From the NCBI RefSeq assembly GCF_009914755.1, contig NC_060927.1: a stretch of DNA of 64,000 bases; one strand, given 5' to 3'. The stretch's first letter is position 1; each line of letters begins with the position of its first letter. Of the stretch, positions 40,280-53,063 are shown one piece after another. Position numbers and translations under genes: made by a program. Source of the stretch: the human T2T-CHM13v2.0 reference genome, Homo sapiens. A model generated the notes under the pieces. It worked only from the letters and a program-made list of their open reading frames with translations, was not told the origin of the DNA and did no database searches.

Positions 40280-41350
40280 ATCTAGCCAGGTGGAAAATTG
40301 CATCATATGTGACAAACAAGGTAAATAATCCCCAGCATAGAGGAAACTTTTAGACATGATTATGGAAGAGGTATATATCCCAAGAAAGTTAAGAAAGTAT
40401 CTGAATTCACAATTTAAATAAAGGGCATATATGAGATATACGAGAAATGTTCAGATATATGGGAAATTTTCTTCTTCATTGATTATCAAAGAAAAGAAAT
40501 TTACAGGTATGAGATGCTTTTTTTTTCTATTTGCAAAGATTTTACAAAAATTTATTTTGAAGGCTGGGTGCAATGGCTCATGCCTGTAATCCCAGCACTT
40601 TGGGAGGCCAAGGCGGATGGATCGCTTGAGGCCAGGAGTTCCAGGCTAGCCTGGCCAACGTGGTGAAACTCCGTCTCTACTAAAAATATACAAATTAGCT
40701 GAGCATGGTGGCACACACCTGTAATCCCAGCTACTTGGGAGGCTGAGGCACAAGAATCATTTGAACTCAGCAGGCGGATATTGCAGTGAGCCGAGATCAT
40801 ACCACTGCACTCCAGCCTGGATGGCAGAAGGAGACTCTGTCTTAAAAAAAAAATTGTTTGTAAAGCAGTATGTGTTCAAGAGAAGGGAGAAATGGACATT
40901 TTTGTATACTGCTGGTAGGTGTATGAATTGGCATAGCTAGAGAGAATTTCGTGATATGAACAAAAAGTCATCAAAATGTTCAAATGATCAAAAAGACTTG
41001 AAAATGGAACTCTTTTGTTTTATTTCTATAAATTTATCTAGTTAGAAATAATACAAAATGCACGCAAAGTTTTATAAACCTGGATATTCATCAGAGTATT
41101 TTTTAGAAAAGAAAAGAAAGAAATCAAAATACCTAACCACAGGGTATTGATAAAATGAACTATGTGATTAATAGTAAAGCCACTTAATGGTATGGAAAAT
41201 TTCTTTAAAATATTGTTAATATACATAACATATAGTCACTAAATGAATGCATGGAGAGATATATTCAAAAAATGATGCGAGAGTCAATGAGCTGTTTTTC
41301 TTTATATTGAATTATAAATATTCCAATTAATTTATCTGCAATAAATATGC
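40280..41350 (+). mobile_element. Old L1M (L1ME-like) ORF2 3'/UTR fragment
   Basis: Degenerate GGAAAATTGCA...TATACTGCTGGTAGGTGTATGAATTGG. Confidence 0.5.
40562..40852 (+). mobile_element. AluS
   Basis: Complete dimer with A tail. Confidence 0.95.
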
Positions 41351-41739
41351 ATTCATTTATAATTATAAATAAATCCCAACGAAAGTAATTTATTTGTTTT
41401 AAAAACTATTAAATACTGGGACCTAGGGTAGAAAATTCTACTCTCTAAATGTGCTTCCTTTCTCTGAAATTTATATACCATTCAGTGGCTAATGTGAGTT
41501 CTTTGTGGGTCAGGAGAGGTTAAATATTTCAAATTAAATACAGCAGAATTTGTCTTGGTTTAAAGGGTCATTTTGAGATACACATTGTGTCAATTCAAAG
41601 ATCTGACAATTTCCCCCTGTCAAGGAGTCTCTCCTGCCATCATCCTTCCCTGAATGTGTTCAGGATGCAGAAGGAATACCATATGTCTAGGATGAGAGAG
41701 TCTTCTCCAGGTTGGTCTATGAATACACTGTCTTGTGCC

Positions 41740-42281
41740 ACTGATTTCTGAGTATTGGCCTCTCTTTTAATTTTATTATTACTCAGATATGGTAAAGCCA
41801 ACAGATCAACAGGTAATTCCCATTGAAAAGATAGTTTGTTACTCACAGTTCCAAGAGAAGGGGACACGTCACTTCACATGGGTGGCCACATGGGTAAGTA
41901 CCAGGGTCAGGAGGTAAGGGAATTGAGGAAAAAGCAAGGGCAAGAGCCATTATTATGATATCTGAGGGAAGAAGTGGATGAGGTAGGGTAAGCAAGCTTA
42001 GGATTGGCTGGTTTGAATAATGTCAGCAGCCTCTAGGTTTAGGTGCTATTTCTAGTTATTTGGCACCTGGTGGTGAGGTGGTTAGGGCAGGGGGATAGTG
42101 GCCCTGAATGTAAGAGTTTAATAGAAATGGTTGGGGATGTAGGCATTGGATTGGTTGGTTTGCATATGAAAGGTGCACTTGCATGCAGCAAGCCCTTTAC
42201 CATCTCTAGAAACTGGCTAGCCTTTGGAAGGGCAGACTCTCCAGGGTTAGCAAGGCCCCAGATGTGAAAACACCAGAAACA
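41740..42281 (-). mobile_element. MER74-like ERVL LTR
   Basis: Minus strand TGTTTCTGGTG...ACATCTGGGGCCTTGCT.ACCCTGGAG...TTTCATATGCAAACCAACCAATCC. Confidence 0.75.
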
Positions 42282-42968
42282 CATGGTTAGTTCAGCCTTT
42301 CTTCCTGCACCAATCCCTAATAGAACTTCCCTTTCCTGATCTCCAAGTAGCTGATAACTCCAACACCCATGGATCCTACGCTTAACTCACAAGGTTGCAC
42401 CTCCTGCCAGTTTCTTGCCTGGATTTGCCTCTTCTGGCCCCTGGTTCTCTTGACGCTTTCACTTCACCTTATGTGGGACTGGGGCAGTTGCAGAATCTTC
42501 TGCTAACACCACATATGCCTAGGAAACTGAGGCCTGAATTCAGGCTTTCTGCCTAACCACCGACAATAAATTTTGTTCCTTTTCTGTAGTCCAGCAAATA
42601 CTGGAGTCCTATACTGGTGGTAGTATTGACCCAAAGTAGCAAAGTCAAGATGACACAAACACCTCTGCTTTGGAAATCTCCCTCAGCTGTGTTTCTGGAG
42701 AACAGCTATTTGGGTCTGATCTCCTGACTTTCTTTCCTCTCGTCCGGCCCTTTCTTTCTCTCCACTCCACCCTTTCCAATTTATCTCCTCCTCTAAACAC
42801 CAGGAGAGCTTTCCTCTTTCCTGATAACATCCTTATTTCTCCATACTCTACACCTTATAAAAGCAACACTGCGGCTGGAGTCACCTGGGGCTGGCTTTTA
42901 TTATTGAAGCTGTGAAAAGTCCAAGAGTTAGGTTTCACTGCTGACGTTAAACACAATGGTTTAGTGTA

Positions 42969-43362
42969 TGTTACGGACGGACGTTTGTCCCCACAGTCTT
43001 CATATATTGAAACCCTAACCCTCATTGTGATGGTATTTGGAGATGAGTTCTTTGAGCACTGATTAGTTTTAGATTAGGTCTTGAAGATGGAGCCCTGGTC
43101 CAATAGCATTAGTGGCGTTATAAGAAGAGACATCAGAGTGCTTGCTTGCTTTCCATAAGCTCTCACTAAGGAAAGGCCATGTGAGCATACTGCGAGAATT
43201 CAGTTCTCTGCAAGCATGGAAGAAAAGGTCCTCACCAGAACTTGATCATTCTGGCACCTGATCTCGGACTTCTGGCCTCCAGAACTGCGAGAAAATAAGT
43301 GTCCATTGTTTAAACCTCCCAGACTGTGGTGTTTTGTATAGCAGCCTGCACAGATTAAGGCA
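42969..43362 (+). mobile_element. MLT1A-type solo LTR
   Basis: GTGATGGTATTTGGAGATG...AGGAAAGGCCATGTGAG...GCCTCCAGAACTG... Confidence 0.8.
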
Positions 43363-44820
43363 GTATGTTGAAGTATATTATTCTTGCTACAATCTCATCC
43401 TAGTAAATTTTGCATGCCCACAAAGGACATTTAGCTCACCTGTATATCTTTCCTTTCCAGAAGAAAAATTTCTCAGGCTCTGTTATTCTTATCTCTTTAA
43501 GTTGATCGAGGGAAACTTTGGTACTGTGCAAAGTCCTCACCTTTCTCTGATAAAGGATGTTAACACTTTTCTCAGAGTGCTGAGCTTCTTTCTATTCCTA
43601 GCTCCATGCTTATCCTTTCAGGTGCCCTCCTTTACCAATGGGAAGCTTAGCCAAAACTACAAGCAATGCTTCCCCTGAGGTGGTATAAAGTATGGATAAG
43701 GCTTGCAGTCCTGGGGTGGAGGCATTTAGCAGCGGTCAGATGAAAGTCAGCAGGGCAGCCCCAGCCCAAATCTCCCACTGTGCTTCCCATTTGCCCAAGT
43801 CACTGTCTAATGTCTGGCCCTCAGTCACTGATTGAAGAGGGATAAATGTACAGATGGAGCCTCAGGGACCATTTCATCTTTCCTGCGATCTTACCAGCAG
43901 ATGGTAGCTTCCACGTATGCATTGAGGTTTCACTTTCTGGCTCAGCTACAGTCTTCTATTTCAAAATAGTCTGCAAATATGCCTGAGGTCTCAGTGCATC
44001 TCCCTGAGCTGCTACTTCTGAAATTAAATTCTTCTCAAAAGAGTTGTTTGAAAGTTTAGACTCCATGTCAGGGGACTAAAAGATGACTTTCCAAATCCCT
44101 GTCTCTTTTGTTTCCCATATAGGTGACCCTGTATCTGGTTTTGCATATGGTTGTATTCACAGAATCTTGACCATCACCTAAATATGACATGGCTTCTGAA
44201 TTCGGGTCTATTTTAGGTATAATACATTTTGACCCCTACATGTTGTAGTTTCAATATTTGCATATTAATATACAGATATAAAGTAGCCCAAATTTTCATT
44301 TTTTATTAAGTGAAAAAACAATAACAAAATTTGAGCAGAATATACACATATATATCCACATTTAGAGACATCATAGCAAACCTGCAGAACATCAAAACTA
44401 AAGCAAAAACATTAAAAGATATCAGAGGAAAAAACTAAATTCATCTGAATGAATGAAGAAAGGAATGAAGTTTGAACCTTGGAAACGTTACACAGTTAGC
44501 TATCATTCAAGAATTGAATAATAAATGCAGATGTGGAAGGCCAAGATAATTTACCATTCATGACTCTTACTGAAATAGTTAATAAGGGAAGTAGTTCAAA
44601 ACGAAGAAAAGCAAATCATCACAGAAGAAATGGAATATAGGAAACAATGAAAAGAACAGAAATTTTCAAATATGCTGGCAAAAATAATAACAGAATGTCA
44701 TATGTTTTGAAAAATATAAAACCAGAGGAAAAAAACTAATAAATAGTTTAGGAACTATTATCTGTCTATATGCAAATAGTTTGACCAATTGATGTTTGAC
44801 TTTTAATTCGTTATTGTGGC

Positions 44821-45144
44821 TTTTTTTTTTTTTTTTTTTGTGAGTTGGCGTCTCACTCTTGTTGCCCATGCTGGAGTACAGTGGTGTGATCTCAGCTCAC
44901 TGCAACTTCCGCCTCCCAGGTTCAAGTGCTGCCTCCCGAGTTCAAGCGATTCTCCTGCCTCAGCCTCCCAAGTAGCTGGGATTACAGGCACCCACCACCA
45001 CACCCGGCTAATTTTTGTATTTTTAGTAGAGACGGGGTTTAACCATGTTGGCCAGACTTGTCTTGAACTCCTGACCTCAGATGATCTGCCCACCTCGGCC
45101 TCCCAAAGTGCTGGGATTACAGGCGTGAGCCACCACACCCGGCC
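44821..45144 (-). mobile_element. AluSq/Sp-like with a 20-bp internal tandem duplication (44911-44950)
   Basis: Poly-T; CACTCTTGTTGCCC; GCCTCCC..GTTCAAG occurs twice. Confidence 0.93.
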
Positions 45145-46037
45145 TACTGTGTTTTTGACTACACTAACACTCCACATTTTTGTAGGGTAAATCTACCAAC
45201 CTTCTCCTTTATGCCTTTTTAAAATTTTGATACATTATTTGGAAATTGTTTCTGGTACTCCAAGGTTATGAAAACTTTAATTTTTAAGAACTTATGTTGT
45301 TCTCCTATTTATAAAACTAAGAGGCACAGGAATCTACTAGTGTAGGAAATAAGAATATCCTTACACACTGAAATACAGGACAGGAGACATATTAAAGAAG
45401 AAAATTATAATTTTAAGGATTATGAGGCTAGAAAGAGATGAGATTTTGTTATAAAACCTTGAAGATTATTACAAAGAATTTAAATTTACACTGTATATTG
45501 CAAGTAAGGATACTAATTATTTCTTCTAGTTTACTGAGAGGTTGCTCTGTCTCCAAAGGGAGAACAATACCATCAATAGTCTCACTGGTAGGGTATTTTT
45601 AATTAGAGATTGACAGCATCAAATGTGACAAGACATTGTGTCTACTTTCTTTTTTTCAGATATTTTAGATTGTATTTTTAAGTGCTACAGAACAGCTTAA
45701 ATGTGTAATGGAATTATTGGGTTGGAAAAAGTTCCAATTTGATGACAGTTGATTGAAGCAAAAGGTTAATTTTATTAAAGGCACATGTAGCTATCTACTC
45801 CAAAAAAAAAAAAACCCCCAAAAGCTCCTTCCTCATCTTCAGATCAAAATTATACTTTTTTCCAAAGTGTGGATTGTGGGCCACTTTCATATGTATTATA
45901 TATATGGCAACTAAAGTAAATTAAATTACAGAATATGGGCAAAAATATTTTCTGAATTTGCATGTATTTCCTGATGTATTGAGTGCACATTGTGGGACGA
46001 AAGGAGCACAGCCTTTGAGTCCAGATGGCCCCGGATT

Positions 46038-46140
46038 AGAGTTGCCAGATTTCACGAATAAAAATACAGGATGCCCAGTTATATTTAAATTTCAGATAAA
46101 CAATGGATAGTTTTTTTGTGTCTGTCCCATGCAATATTTG
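46038..46140 (+). mobile_element. MER53 DNA-transposon fragment within a MIR
   Basis: GTTGCCAGATT...AATAAAAATACAGGATGCCCAGTTA.ATTT.AATTTCAGATAAACAA. Confidence 0.75.
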
Positions 46141-46769
46141 ATCAGGAAATGCTATTCTGGATTTAAACCCCAGCTCCACCTTTCCCTGCTGCATGACTAA
46201 GAAGTTACCTATTCTCTCAGACCTCAATCTTCACTTGACAAGTAGGAAGAATAATAGCTATTTTCATGTGGTTGTAAGTCTTTAAATACATTTTGCATGC
46301 AAAATACTTGAACAATACAAAAAATATGATTGCTGCTTAAGAAATGTTGTATTCTTTCCCCTCTTCTGAGACTCAATGTAGCTACAGGGAAAGAGCTGCA
46401 GCTATAAATTCACAGTCCTTTATGTCAAAAAAATATGTAAATCAGCAATTGATAAATTAATGATTTGGATATTGCCAGCCAGTGACTTAAAAGTTTGGAG
46501 GGTCAACAGGGCCTAGATTATTGCTCCAAATAGAATTTTTGATTCCCCATCCCCATCTAATTGTCTCACCAATTTTCTAACTTCAATAAAAGATATAATA
46601 ATCTGTCTAGTGTCCAAGCTAAAACCTAGGAGGAACTCAATATGATCTCAATCAAAATAAGTAAATGTTTCCATAAAAACACAAAGGATATTAAAAATCC
46701 AAAACAATTTTGAAAAATAATGGAGCATACCTAACATTCAAATCTTGATTTTTAGTACTATTTTCCAAT

Positions 46770-47990
46770 AAAAGGAACCAGAAGTCCTTGGAGAAATGGC
46801 TGGTTCTTGGACTAACACGGGGAATACACTAGATGAACCTGGAACATCTTGCTGTGCTGGAAAGTAAGAAGTGCTAAAAAAAAAACAAACCCACAAACAG
46901 CACAATGTCTTTGGGGGTATGTGAAAAAGACACAGGAGCCAACAGAAAGAGCTTCCAATGGCCAAAGCTGGAACAATTTGAACAACAAATAAAACAGTAT
47001 TGGACTGTAACCCAAAGCATAAAATAAATATTCATGAGTTACTATTATAAGTACATGATTGAATAAATAAATAAATAAATGGGAAGAAGAGTCAAATTTC
47101 CCTTTCATGATTCCAAATAATTTATGTAGATACTCCACTCTCAAGGAGGCGGAAGACAACCCCCGCCTCCTTAATAGTGACTTCCTTCCAAACAGTACAG
47201 TATGGAAAGAAGGAAAAAGAGTAATTTATGTTGAAGAGACCTGGCAAACCCTATCTTACTTAGCCAGGCTATCGAGGTCAATATGAATGGTAATAAATTA
47301 TATTGGTACTATGCATGCCTCATATGATGTGATGAAAATGCCACTTTACTTCTGTGATCTTGCTCCCAAAACCCCATAACCCTAATCTAAACATGACTTT
47401 AAAAGAACAAATTGAAATACAAGGGCATCCAACAAAAAATATTTAACCAATACCTTATGAAACTATCAAGGTCATCAAAAAAGAAAAGTCTGAAAAGCTG
47501 GTACAACCGAGAAGAGTCTAAGGAGATATGACAAGCAATGTCATATGGTGTCCTGGAAAAAAAAAAAAAAAAAGGCAAACCTAGGTAAATGTGAAAAAAG
47601 TGTGGACCTTAGTTAACAACAGTGCATCAATATTGATTCATGAACTGTGGCAAATGAGTTTTAACACATGTATGAAACTATCTAACTACCACCACAATCA
47701 AGATACAGAATATTTACATCACTTAAGAGTTTCTTCTGTAAACTTTTAGAGTTAATTCTCCCCATCCTATCCCTGATCCCTTCCACTCCAAACACTAATC
47801 CGTTGTCTGTCACTATAGTTTGCAAACTGTGTCATCTTGCAAAATGGAACGTATGACCTGCAATTCTATTCTCCTATACTGATGTAAGATGTCAATAATA
47901 TGGAAAAGTGGGTGCAGGGTATATGAAACCTCTCTGTACTCTTCTCAGTTTTCCTGAAAACCTAAAATTGTTCTACAAACTGAGAGAAAA
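46770..47990 (+). mobile_element. L1MC/L1MD 3'UTR fragment
   Basis: GGAACCAGA..TCCTTGGAGAAATGGCTG; TTCCAAATAATTTATGTAGATACTCC. Confidence 0.7.
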
Positions 47991-49108
47991 AAGTTGAGGA
48001 CTCTCAGTATCTGATTTCAAGATTTATTATACAATTACAATTGCAATAAACAAGACTATACAATTGGCATAAAGATAGACATAGTAATCAATGGAACAGA
48101 ATAAAGCCCAGAAATAGACCCCCACATAAACAATCAATTAATTTCTTTTCTTTTCTTCTTGTTAATAAAAGTGCTAATGTAATGGGGGAAAAGATAGTCT
48201 TTTCAAAAATAGTTTTGGAACAACTGGATATCCATATCAGAAAAAAATAAGTATCATTACCTCACACCTTACACAGAACTAACTAGGTATGAATCATAGA
48301 CCCAAGATAAAAGCTAAAACTGTCTTCTAAAGAAAACATAGAAGAAAATATTTGCAACCTTGAGGTAAGCAAATTTTTTAGGACAACAAAAAGCATTAGC
48401 TATTAGAAAAAAAGTAATGTTAATTGAACTTAACCAAAATTAAAAACTTTTGGTCCTCAAAAGACACAATTAAGAAAACAAAAATGCTCTCAGACACAGA
48501 TGGGGAAAAAATATTCACAATACCTACATAATAAGACAAAAAGAAAAAAAGTAAGTGTAGGGAAAGTAAACAGTTTTAAAAGATAATATATGAATGGCCA
48601 ATAATGACATTAAAAATGCTAAACATTATTAGCCATCACAAAAATATAAATTATATATATACTAGAATAGGTAAAGTTAAAAAAGATTGACAATAGCAAA
48701 TGTTGACAAAGATGGGAGCAAGAGGAATTCTCATACATTATTGATGAGAATGTAAAATGATACAACTTTGGAAAACTGTTTAGCAGTTTCTTGAAAAATG
48801 GAACATATGACCTAGCAATTCTATTCCCAGGCTTACATTTATTCAAAATGTAATTTTAAAAAGTTTTATGAAAAGATTTGTACTCAAATTTTTTTCATAA
48901 AAAAAGTTATATGAAAAGACTTGTACACCAATGTTTCTGGCAGCTTTATTCAAAATAACCAAATACTGTAAAAAGTCCAAATATTCATCAATTAGTAAAT
49001 GGATAGTGAATTTTGTTATAGCCATACAATGGAATAGCATGCTACAGTAAAATAAACAAGCTCTAGATTCATGTAACAACATGGTTGAGGCTTAAAAACA
49101 TTTAAGCT

Positions 49109-49410
<302 letters not shown>

Positions 49411-49481
49411 ATTTAAGCTAAGGGAAAGACACCAGACACAAAAAGTATGTACTTGTATAATTCCATTTACATGAAATACCA

Positions 49482-50240
49482 GGCTGGGAGTGGTGGCTCA
49501 TGCCCTTAATCCCAGCACTTTGAGAGGCTGAAGCAGGCGAATCATGAGGTCAGGAGTTCGAGACCAGCCTAGCATGGCAAAACCCCGTCTCTACTAAAAA
49601 TACAAAAAATTAACCGGGTGTGGTGGCAGGTGCCTGTAATCTCAGCTACTTGGGAGGCTGAGGCAGGAGAATTGCTTGAACCAGGAGGCGGAGGTTGCAG
49701 TGAGTGTGTAGCAGGACGAGCCGCAGACAAAACTCCTCAGACACCGAGTTAAAGAAGGAAGGGGTTTATTCGGCTGGGGGCATCGGCAAGACTCCTGTCT
49801 CAAGAGCCCAGCTCCCCGAGTGAGCAATTCCTGTCCCTTTTAAGGGCTCACAACTCTAAGGGGGTGCGCATGAGAGGGTCGTCATCGATTGAGCAAGCAG
49901 GGGGTACGTGACTGGGGTCTGCAAGCACCGATAATTAGATCGGAACAAAATAGGATAGGGATTTTCACAGTGCTTTTCTATACAATGTCTGTAATCTGTA
50001 GATAAAATAACTGATTAGGTCAGGGGTCGATCTTTAACTACCAGGCCCAGGGTGTGGCGCTGGGCTGTCTGCTTGAGGATTTCATTTCTGCCTTTTAGTT
50101 TTTACTTTTTCTTTCTTTGGAGGCAGAAATTGGGCATAAGATAATATGAGAGGTGGTCTCCTCCCTTAAGTGGAGATCAGGCCATTGCACTCCAGCCCGG
50201 GCAACAAGAGCGAGACTCAGTCTCTAAATAAATCAATAAA
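49482..50240 (+). mobile_element. AluS split by LTR2
   Basis: ...GGTTGCAGTGAGTG joins GAGATCAGGCCATTGCACTCCAGCCCGGGC across the LTR. Confidence 0.93.
49707..50168 (-). mobile_element. LTR2 (HERV-E/Harlequin) solo LTR, low divergence
   Basis: Minus strand TAAGGGAGGAGACCACC...GTCTGCGGCTCGTCCTGCTACA; TSD AGTG (49703-49706 and 50169-50172). Confidence 0.93.
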
Positions 50241-50479
50241 TTCAGAACTGGCTAGTGTTTGGAGCTGAAGGGATCAGGGGCAAAGTGGGGAGAATTAAGT
50301 CTAAAAGTTTACAGGAGAAACTCTTAGGTGATGTATATTTTCTGTGTCTTGATTGTGGTGGTAGTTACACAGTTTCATAATTTGTTAAAACTCATTGAAC
50401 TGTACACTTACAAGTGTTGCATTATATGTAAATTATATCTCAAAAAGTTGATTTAGAAAGAAAAATGTATATACTGTGT

Positions 50480-51240
50480 GGTTAAGTATGCAGTTTATAG
50501 ATTCAAATCACAGCTCTGCCACCTACTGTCTGTGTGACTTTAGTCTTGTCACTTAACATTTTCATGCCTTAGTAAGCTTAAATGGGGCTAATAATAGTAC
50601 TTGTCCCATAGGATTGTTATGAGGGTTAAATGAGTTAATAAATGTGTGTGAAGTGATTAGAGGCAGCCTGGCACACAGCAAATTCTAAATAAGGAACAGC
50701 TGCTCTCATTACCCTTTGTTTTTCTCTTCTTTAACATCCTCATTCAATTCATCTGAAAATCCTATCACTTCTACTTGCAAAATATATCTGACATTTTTCT
50801 CCATCTTTTACTACTACTGCAAATAGCCTTTAAATTTATCTCTTTTATATTCATTCTTGCCCCCTTTCTCTGCCAAGTGGTTTTTAAAAATATAAATGAG
50901 TTCATATTACTCCCTTGCTAATATCTTTCACTGGTTTTCCTTAGCACCTCAATAAACTTCTAAACTTTTTATCATCACCAGTGTGGCCATTCCTGAGAGC
51001 CTGTCTATGCATTCTTCATCACTCCTCCCAGGCCTCCAGCTACATTGGACACTTTTATTTTTCTAGTCTTGGAATTCATTAAACTCCTTCATGTCTAAGG
51101 CCTCTGCACCAGCTGGTCCTTCTTCCTGGAACCCTCTTCATCCAGGTCTTTGAATGACTGACACATTTTTCAGCTCTCAGCTTGAAATGTCAACTCTTCA
51201 GAGAATATTTTCTGGACAACACAAATAGAGGAGTTGCCCA
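50480..51240 (+). mobile_element. MIR followed by an L2 fragment
   Basis: TTCAAATCACAGCTCTGCCAC...AGGGTTAAATGAGTTAATA; then L2-like GGCCTCTGCAC...CTTCCTGGAAC. Confidence 0.6.
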
Positions 51241-51284
51241 TGTGCAGTATGATATTAATCTATCGTATTAAATTTCTACAAATG

Positions 51285-52800
51285 CTTTACTTTGAAACAA
51301 TTAAAAACTTACAGAAGAGGTAATACTGTAGAAAGGAATTTATCCTTGAACTACTTGAGAGTAAGACTGTGACATGATGACCCAACCATTTCCTGTGATT
51401 TTAGTGCGTATTTTCTACAAACATAGACGGTCTTCTAAATAATCACAATACAAGTAACCTCAGAAAATTAAAATTAATACATTACTACCATTTAATTGTT
51501 TGGCTCTATTCACATTGTCCCAATAATATCTTTTATAACAAATAGATGCAGTTCAAAGTCATGCAATGTATTTAGTTGTCTGTAGTCTTTTTGATCGGAA
51601 AAGTTTCTAACTCTTTCCCTGACTTTCATGACCATATTCTTTAAGATTATAGGCCAGTTATTTTGTAGAATGTCCCTCAGTTTGGGTTTGCATGATATTT
51701 CCCTATGATTAGATTGAATTATGCATAATTGGCAGAAATATCACAGAAATGCTGCTGTGTTCCTCTCATTGCATCCTCTCAGGTAGCAGATGGGTTGGAT
51801 TCTGCTGTTTATAAGCGATGTTCACTTTGATCACTTGATGAAGGTGGTGTCTGCCGGGCTTCTTCACTATAAAGTCACTCATTTCCCCTTGTAATTTGTA
51901 AGGATTTTGGGGAGAGGTACTTTGAAAGTATAAATATCATTTTCCTTGTTGAATTTCCAGTTTTTTCATTTATTGATTTATATCTGTATCAATGAATGGT
52001 TCTCTATTTTATTTAACACGTTTTCACCCATTACTATCACTATTTATTTTGATGCTGCAATTGTCCCAGATTTGGCTATTAGGAGCCTCTTCAAGCTGAC
52101 TTATTTTCCCTTTTGAGATATTATCATCATCATTTGAGTCTCTCTTTGATTTCTGGCACAATAAGATGCTCCGGACTTATCTTGTACTTTCCCTACCCAG
52201 GCCCTGGAATTAGCCATCTTTTCAAAGAGACTTTTCTTTTGGCAGAAAATTGTATTTAGAATCCAAAATCTGGGCTTCAAGAGTGCTTATTGCTATTGTG
52301 GTATTGGTGCTTGAGCCTTCTCAGTGGAAAGAGCCAAGGAATATATAGAAAATATATAATTATATATATCATATAATCACATAATATATAATTATGTATT
52401 ATATATAAAACTATATTAGATATTAGATATATTTGTTATATATTACTAAAATATATTTCTATTTACCTATTTATTTCTATACTTATCTGCAAATACATTG
52501 AAAGCCATGTTTTCATTCCAATCCAGTTGTACATGATTCATTCTAGTTGTCCCATTTTCTATTAATTGTAACTCGGTTTTCCAGAGGTGAGAAATCTGGC
52601 TTCTATGGTTTCTAGTGTATTTTCTTACATGATTAATTCTCCTATATGTAACCAGTCTCCAGTCGCCACCGTCCCTCTCTACTGCAGGTGTTCTCACCCT
52701 GTTCCGGCTCTGATAATCTACACTAAATGATCAAACTCCTTCTCCCCCTACATTGCTCTGCTCCATAGAATAGTTTTAGGGCTGAAATGTCCAGAAGGGA
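51285..52800 (-). mobile_element. L1MC4-like 3' region
   Basis: GGCCAGTTATTTTGTAGAATGTCCCTCAGTTTGGGTTTG; TTCTGGCACAATAAGATGCTCC. Confidence 0.7.
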
Positions 52801-52877
52801 AGGGAAGAGAAAGAAGTAGAGGAAGATGAGTTCTGTTCCATATTCTTCATGCCAGTCCCCACAATGTAATTTACCTG

Positions 52878-52974
52878 TTTCTTTCTTTCTCTTTCTGTTC
52901 TTCCTTTCTTTCCTCCCTTCCTTTCCCTTCCTTCCTTCCTTCCTTCCTTCCTTCCTTCCTTCCTTCCTTCCTTC

Positions 52975-53049
<75 letters not shown>

Positions 53050-53063
53050 TTTCTTTCTTTCTT
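52878..53063. repeat. Polypyrimidine microsatellite with (CCTT)13 and (CTTT)n
   Basis: Seen directly. Confidence 0.97.

Noticed and set aside
47143-47172. 10-bp GC hairpin AAGGAGGCGG/CCGCCTCCTT
   Set aside because: Lies in an L1M 3'UTR segment that, as I recall it, is already quasi-palindromic; it is not a terminator in this eukaryotic context.
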